DNA from: Cupriavidus necator
GTDB taxonomy: Bacteria; Pseudomonadota; Gammaproteobacteria; Burkholderiales; Burkholderiaceae
NCBI RefSeq assembly: GCF_016127575.1
Contig: NZ_CP066018.1
Span: forward strand, 2,220,001-2,252,000
Direction of reading: 5' to 3'
Length of the DNA stretch: 32,000 nt
The notes under the pieces are model-generated. The model saw only the letters and a program-made list of their open reading frames with translations, was not told where the DNA came from and did no database searches. This document shows positions 28,501-32,000 of the stretch, piece by piece (the first letter of the stretch is position 1; each line of letters starts with the position of its first letter). The position numbers were made by a program, and so were the translations under genes.

Positions 28501-28800
28501 TTATTCCAGCGAACAGGCTTCAACCAGCTGCAGGTTGTTGTCGCGCGCAAAGTTAAGCACGAAATCCAGCGCCTTGGGTTCAATGTCGCGCAGCCGCACG
28601 TCCACCACCACGCATTTGACATTGCCGGCGAAGATCGGCCGCACGTAGGGGGAGTAGGTCAGGCGCGGGTCGCCGCTGTCGCCCTCGGGGCGGAACTGCG
28701 CCATCACGCCGCACAGCCGTTCGGCCCAGTCGCTCGGGCGGAAGGTCTTGCCTTCCTTGGTAATGCCTTGGATAAAGAATTCGCGAACGTTGGGGTTCAT
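28501..28800 (-). CDS. DUF3579 domain protein (function unknown)
   Basis: 99 aa from ATG 28800: MNPNVREFFIQGITKEGKTFRPSDWAERLCGVMAQF... matches my recollection of the ~100-aa DUF3579 proteins of Burkholderiales. The extension to 28965 has an atypical per-codon-position GC pattern in the 60 nt I tallied. Confidence 0.7.
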   Translation of the reverse strand: MNPNVREFFIQGITKEGKTFRPSDWAERLCGVMAQFRPEGDSGDPRLTYSPYVRPIFAGNVKCVVVDVRLRDIEPKALDFVLNFARDNNLQLVEACSLE

Positions 28801-28997
28801 GAGGCTGGACACTGCGGGTGAGGCGGACGACTCGACGGTAAACCCGCTGGACGGGCGCCCGTTTGACGCGGCCGGGGCGCGTTTGGTTCGCGCTGGTTCC
28901 AGCCGGAAGGCGGGGCGTCGGTGTCTTGCGGGGGCACTTTTGATGCCGGCGGCGGGCAGCGGCATGGGTATGCCGGGCCCCGCGTGAATCAGCGGGT

Positions 28998-29003
28998 ATT
29001 ATA
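28998..29003 (-). promoter_or_regulatory. perfect TATAAT (-10) on the minus strand, inside an AT-rich palindrome between the DUF3579 gene and argF
   Basis: Plus-strand ATTATA at 28998-29003. It is part of TTATAT-CTT-ATATAA (28999-29013), which also supplies plus-strand TATATA/TATAAG hexamers. Confidence 0.35.
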
Positions 29004-29127
29004 TCTTATATAAGAGTTGCGCATAAGGGCGAAATCCTGTCGGGAACCTGTCAGCGGGCCCGGGCAAGTGCAGGGCGCAAGTCCGTGCCGGGTTGTCCCG
29101 GACTCGCCAAAGCAGAAATAATCCCTT

Positions 29128-29193
29128 ATGATTCTTGCAGTTAAATTGCGTATGCGACGCGAAAGGCGGCTCCGCGGCGCGCTTGAGTCATGA
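29128..29193 (+). CDS. candidate Arg-rich leader peptide upstream of argF (MILAVKLRMRRERRLRGALES)
   Basis: 21-codon ORF ending in TGA. Six Arg codons (CGT, CGA, CGC, AGG, CGG, CGC) fall within 9 consecutive codons. The ORF overlaps the 5' arm of the hairpin listed next. No Shine-Dalgarno is visible before ATG 29128 or the internal ATG 29152. Confidence 0.35.
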   Translation: MILAVKLRMRRERRLRGALES

Positions 29194-29238
29194 ACACTTC
29201 GTGACGGCGCGTCCCCACCGAGCCGCCTTCTTTGTTTT
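29163..29238 (+). terminator. candidate attenuator: long imperfect hairpin plus U-tract ending at the argF ATG
   Basis: Outer stem AAGGCGGCTC (29163-29172) / GAGCCGCCTT (29220-29229). Inner helices are 29178-29182/29207-29211 and 29187-29190/29202-29205. CTTTGTTTT (29230-29238) follows, directly before ATG 29239. Confidence 0.4.
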
Positions 29239-30162
29239 ATGAGCTCAACCCCGATCAAGCATTACCTCCAGTTCAGCGACTTCACTCCCGACGAGTATGA
29301 GTACCTGCTGGATCGCGCGCGGATCCTGAAGGCCAAGTTCAAGAACTACGAGACCTGGCACCCGCTGCACGACCGCACGCTGGCCATGATCTTCGAGAAG
29401 AATTCCACGCGTACGCGCCTGTCGTTCGAAGCCGGCATCCACCAGCTGGGCGGCCACGCGGTGTTCCTGAACACGCGCGACTCGCAGCTGGGCCGCGGCG
29501 AGCCGATCGAGGATGCGGCGCAGGTGATCTCGCGCATGGTCGACATCATCATGATCCGCACCTTCGGCCAGGACATCATCGAGCGCTTTGCCGCGCATTC
29601 GCGCGTGCCGGTGATCAACGGCCTGACCAACGAATACCACCCGTGCCAGGTGCTGGCCGACGTCTTCACCTACATCGAGCAGCGCGGCAGTATCCGCGGC
29701 AAGACCGTGGCGTGGATCGGCGATGCCAACAACATGGCCTACACCTGGATCCAGGCCGCCGAGCGGCTCGGCTTCACCTTCCATTTCTCGGCGCCGCCGG
29801 GCTACCAGCTTGATCCGGCGATGGTGCCGGCGTCGGCAGCCGGCCTGGTCAAGGTCTTCGACGATCCGCTAACGGCCTGCCAGGGCGCCAGCCTGGTCAC
29901 CACCGATGTCTGGACCAGCATGGGCTTCGAGGCCGAGAACGACGCCCGCAAGCGCGCCTTCAAGGACTGGATGGTCACGACCCCGATGATGGACCGCGCC
30001 GCGCCCGACGCGCTCTTCATGCACTGCCTGCCGGCGCACCGCGGCGAGGAAGTCGAGGCCGCCGTGATCGACGGTCCCAAGAGCGTGGTCTGGGAAGAGG
30101 CCGAGAACCGCCTGCACGTGCAGAAGGCGCTGATGGAATACCTGCTCTGCGGCCGCTACTGA
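29239..30162 (+). CDS. argF: ornithine carbamoyltransferase
   Basis: 307 aa with FEKNSTRTRLSFE (carbamoyl-phosphate site), HPCQVLAD and HCLPAHRGEEV. Confidence 0.95.
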   Translation: MSSTPIKHYLQFSDFTPDEYEYLLDRARILKAKFKNYETWHPLHDRTLAMIFEKNSTRTRLSFEAGIHQLGGHAVFLNTRDSQLGRGEPIEDAAQVISRMVDIIMIRTFGQDIIERFAAHSRVPVINGLTNEYHPCQVLADVFTYIEQRGSIRGKTVAWIGDANNMAYTWIQAAERLGFTFHFSAPPGYQLDPAMVPASAAGLVKVFDDPLTACQGASLVTTDVWTSMGFEAENDARKRAFKDWMVTTPMMDRAAPDALFMHCLPAHRGEEVEAAVIDGPKSVVWEEAENRLHVQKALMEYLLCGRY

Positions 30163-30187
30163 ACCAGCGCGGCGCGGGGTGAACAGG

Positions 30188-30213
30188 GAGGGGCCGCGAT
30201 GGCCCCTCTTTTT
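30188..30213 (+). terminator. rho-independent terminator after argF
   Basis: GAGGGGCC (30188-30195), GCGAT loop, GGCCCCTC (30201-30208), then TTTTT. Confidence 0.78.
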
Positions 30214-30240
30214 ACGTCTTTCGTACAGAAACCCAAGGAG

Positions 30241-30558
30241 ATGGAAGTGAGCCAGTTCGACAACGTGTCGGTCGTCAAGAAAGCCAACCTGTACTTTGAC
30301 GGCAAGTGCGTCAGCCACACCGTGCTGTTCCCGGACGGCACCCGCAAGACGCTGGGCGTGATCTTCCCGGCCGCGCTGACCTTCAACACCGGCGCGCCCG
30401 AGATCATGGAAATCAACGCCGGCACCTGCCGCGTGCGCCTGGCCGGTTCGGAAGACTGGCAGACCTATGGCGCGGGCCAGCAGTTCAGCGTGCCGGGCAA
30501 CAGCAGCTTCGATATCGAGGTGCAGGAAACGCTGGACTACGTCTGCCACTTCGCGTGA
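30241..30558 (+). CDS. ppnP: pyrimidine/purine nucleoside phosphorylase PpnP (YaiE/DUF1255)
   Basis: 105 aa from ATG 30241, with AAGGAG immediately upstream. [20 protein letters not shown]...GAPEIMEI..G is typical of PpnP. The track start at 30199 lies in the loop of the argF terminator. Confidence 0.87.
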   Translation: MEVSQFDNVSVVKKANLYFDGKCVSHTVLFPDGTRKTLGVIFPAALTFNTGAPEIMEINAGTCRVRLAGSEDWQTYGAGQQFSVPGNSSFDIEVQETLDYVCHFA

Positions 30559-30591
30559 CCGGCGCGGCGGGCCGGTCCTGGCCCACCTGCT

Positions 30592-31602
30592 TTACAGCAC
30601 TACCGGCTCCGGTTCGATGCGCACGCCAAAGCGCGCCTGCACCGCATCGGCGATGCGGTTGGCCAGTGCCAGCAGCATCGCGCCGGTGCCGCCGCCGTGG
30701 TGCACCAGCACCAGCGCCTGCTTGCCGTAGACGCCCACCGGGCCATCGGTCATGCCCTTGAAGCCGCAGCGGTCGATCAGCCAGCCGGCTGCCAGCTTGT
30801 ACGAGCCGTCCGGCTGCGCATAACTGACCAGGTCCGGGTTGGCCTGCAGCAGCGCGTCGCGCTGCGCCGCGCTGACCAGCGGATTCTTGAAGAAGCTGCC
30901 CGCATTGCCCAGCTGTGCCGGGTCGGGCAGCTTGCGCGAACGGATCGCGACCACGGCGTCGCGAATCGTGGCCGCATCGGGCGCAGCCCGGCCATCGAGT
31001 TCGCGCGCCAGCTCTCCGTACGACAGCACCGGTTGCCACGCCTTGGGCAGGCTCAGCGTCACCGCCGTGATGATGTAGCGGCCGGCGCCGGCGTGCTTGA
31101 ACAGGCTGTCGCGGTAGCCGAAGCCGCAGGCCCGCAGGTCCAGCCACACGAATGCGCCGGTGTGGCGGTCATAGGCGCGCACGCCTTCGAAGCGCTCGCG
31201 CAGCTCCACCCCGTAGGCGCCGATATTCTGGATCGGCGCCGCGCCCGCGGTGCCGGGGATCAGCGCCAGGTTTTCCAGGCCGGGCATGCCGTCGGCGATG
31301 GTGCGGTTGACCAGCGCGTTCCAGTTCTCGCCGGCGCCGGCGGTGACCAGCCAGGCATCGCCAGTCTCCTCCGGCTGGTAGCCGGGGATTTCCATCAGCA
31401 GCACCAGCGCGTCCAGGTCGCCGGTCAGTACCACATTGCTGCCGCCGCCCAGGACCAGCAGGGGCAGGCCGTCGGCACGCGGGTCGGCCAGGGCCGCGGT
31501 CAGGTCGGCTTCGCTGCGCACATGCACCGCAAAGCGCGCGCGCGCGTCGAATCCGAATGTATTGTGGCGACGCAGGGGATAGAATTCGTGGAAATCTGCC
31601 AT
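30592..31602 (-). CDS. murB: UDP-N-acetylenolpyruvoylglucosamine reductase
   Basis: 336 aa from ATG 31602: [22 protein letters not shown]..., [11 protein letters not shown] (FAD-binding domain), AGSFFKNP. Confidence 0.92.
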   Translation of the reverse strand: MADFHEFYPLRRHNTFGFDARARFAVHVRSEADLTAALADPRADGLPLLVLGGGSNVVLTGDLDALVLLMEIPGYQPEETGDAWLVTAGAGENWNALVNRTIADGMPGLENLALIPGTAGAAPIQNIGAYGVELRERFEGVRAYDRHTGAFVWLDLRACGFGYRDSLFKHAGAGRYIITAVTLSLPKAWQPVLSYGELARELDGRAAPDAATIRDAVVAIRSRKLPDPAQLGNAGSFFKNPLVSAAQRDALLQANPDLVSYAQPDGSYKLAAGWLIDRCGFKGMTDGPVGVYGKQALVLVHHGGGTGAMLLALANRIADAVQARFGVRIEPEPVVL

Positions 31603-31666
31603 GCAAGGGAAAGGTGACGCGGCCGCCGCTGGAGGGCAAGCGACCCGGAACTGCGAGGTAGGCTGG

Positions 31667-31672
31667 ATTATA
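31667..31672 (-). promoter_or_regulatory. perfect TATAAT (-10) on the minus strand upstream of murB
   Basis: Plus-strand ATTATA at 31667-31672, about 65 nt upstream of the murB ATG in the murB/yajQ divergent spacer. The context CCGTATAAT is the same as upstream of murJ. Confidence 0.35.
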
Positions 31673-31727
31673 CGGAAGGCGCCGTGCGCGGCCGGCTTCC
31701 GGGCATACGGATCACAAGGAGAATGCA

Positions 31728-32000
31728 ATGCCGTCGTTTGATGTAGTGTGCGAAGCGAACATGGTTGAGGTGAAGAACGCCGTCGAGCAGGCCAACAAGG
31801 AAATCTCGACGCGCTTCGATTTCAAGGGCTCGGACGCCCGGGTCGAGCACAAGGAAAATGAACTGACTGCCTTTGCCGACGATGATTTCAAGCTGAGCCA
31901 GGTCAAGGATGTGCTGATCAACAAGATGGCCAAGCGCAACGTTGACGTGCGCTTCCTGGACTACGGCAAGATCGACAAGATCAGCGGTGACAAGGTCAAG
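31728..32000 (+). CDS. yajQ: YajQ family nucleotide (cyclic di-GMP)-binding protein, N-terminal 91 codons (3' end outside the window)
   Basis: ATG 31728 is preceded by AAGGAG (31716-31721). The translation [40 protein letters not shown]... is the UPF0234/YajQ signature. It is missing from the ORF track because no stop falls inside the window. Confidence 0.88.
   Translation, partial: MPSFDVVCEANMVEVKNAVEQANKEISTRFDFKGSDARVEHKENELTAFADDDFKLSQVKDVLINKMAKRNVDVRFLDYGKIDKISGDKVK

Noticed and set aside
28748-28987. 79-aa plus-strand ORF upstream of and overlapping the DUF3579 start
   Set aside because: In the 60 nt I tallied by hand, the per-codon-position GC pattern weakly favoured this frame. 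But the peptide is Ala/Gly/Arg low-complexity with no RBS, it overlaps the DUF3579 start, and the sample is too small to trust.
28989-29258. 89-aa minus-strand ORF across the argF leader
   Set aside because: It runs antisense through the AT-rich promoter region and into the argF start. It has no RBS and no recognisable motif. The region is better explained as a regulatory leader.
30199-30240. Upstream ATG giving a 119-aa PpnP
   Set aside because: ATG 30199 lies in the loop of the argF terminator hairpin. The ATG at 30241 has an AAGGAG RBS and gives the usual ~105-aa PpnP length.
30569-30584. Hairpin between the convergent ppnP and murB genes
   Set aside because: It has only a 5-bp stem (GGGCC/GGCCC) with no U-tract on either strand, so there is not enough evidence to call a terminator.

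Overview
Very GC-rich chromosomal segment whose gene content and order look betaproteobacterial (Burkholderiaceae, Cupriavidus/Ralstonia-like). I infer this from protein motifs and synteny only; no search was run. Most of the window is housekeeping. It holds a PduO-type adenosyltransferase 3' end, a sigma32-type promoter with dnaK-dnaJ, and a fused pabB-pabC. A long minus-strand gene string follows: hda, HAD hydrolase, pcnB, folK, dNK-family kinase, panB and a TupBC-like ABC pair. After that come an AI-2E permease divergent from purM, then mutL-miaA-GNAT, dedA, a SirB1-like gene, murJ divergent from rpsT, DUF3579, argF, ppnP, murB and the yajQ 5' end. I saw no CRISPR array, tRNA/rRNA gene, transposase or integrase. 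The accessory-looking part lies between purM and miaA (about 14.7-20.8 kb). It is a four-gene plus-strand cassette of an MHS-type MFS transporter, a D-hydantoinase/dihydropyrimidinase, an amidase-signature amidase and a racemase homologue, with a convergent GntR/FCD regulator. Three things make this cassette the best candidate for an undescribed catabolic system. An amidase-signature enzyme sits where a carbamoylase is expected. The racemase homologue appears to lack both catalytic cysteines. A 29-bp motif (21/29 identical) is shared between the cassette promoter and the gntR upstream region. The second lead is an Arg-rich 21-codon leader ORF overlapping a long hairpin plus U-tract that ends exactly at the argF start codon, a candidate arginine attenuator. 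Smaller oddities are a REP-like palindrome inside the first codons of pabBC, an ABC permease/ATPase pair with no binding protein coupled to panB, a dNK-family kinase inside the folK-panB operon, tandem CCCGCACC repeats before the murJ TTG start, and a TATAAT box 6 nt from the mutL ATG. The many very long antisense ORFs in the track are GC-bias artefacts.
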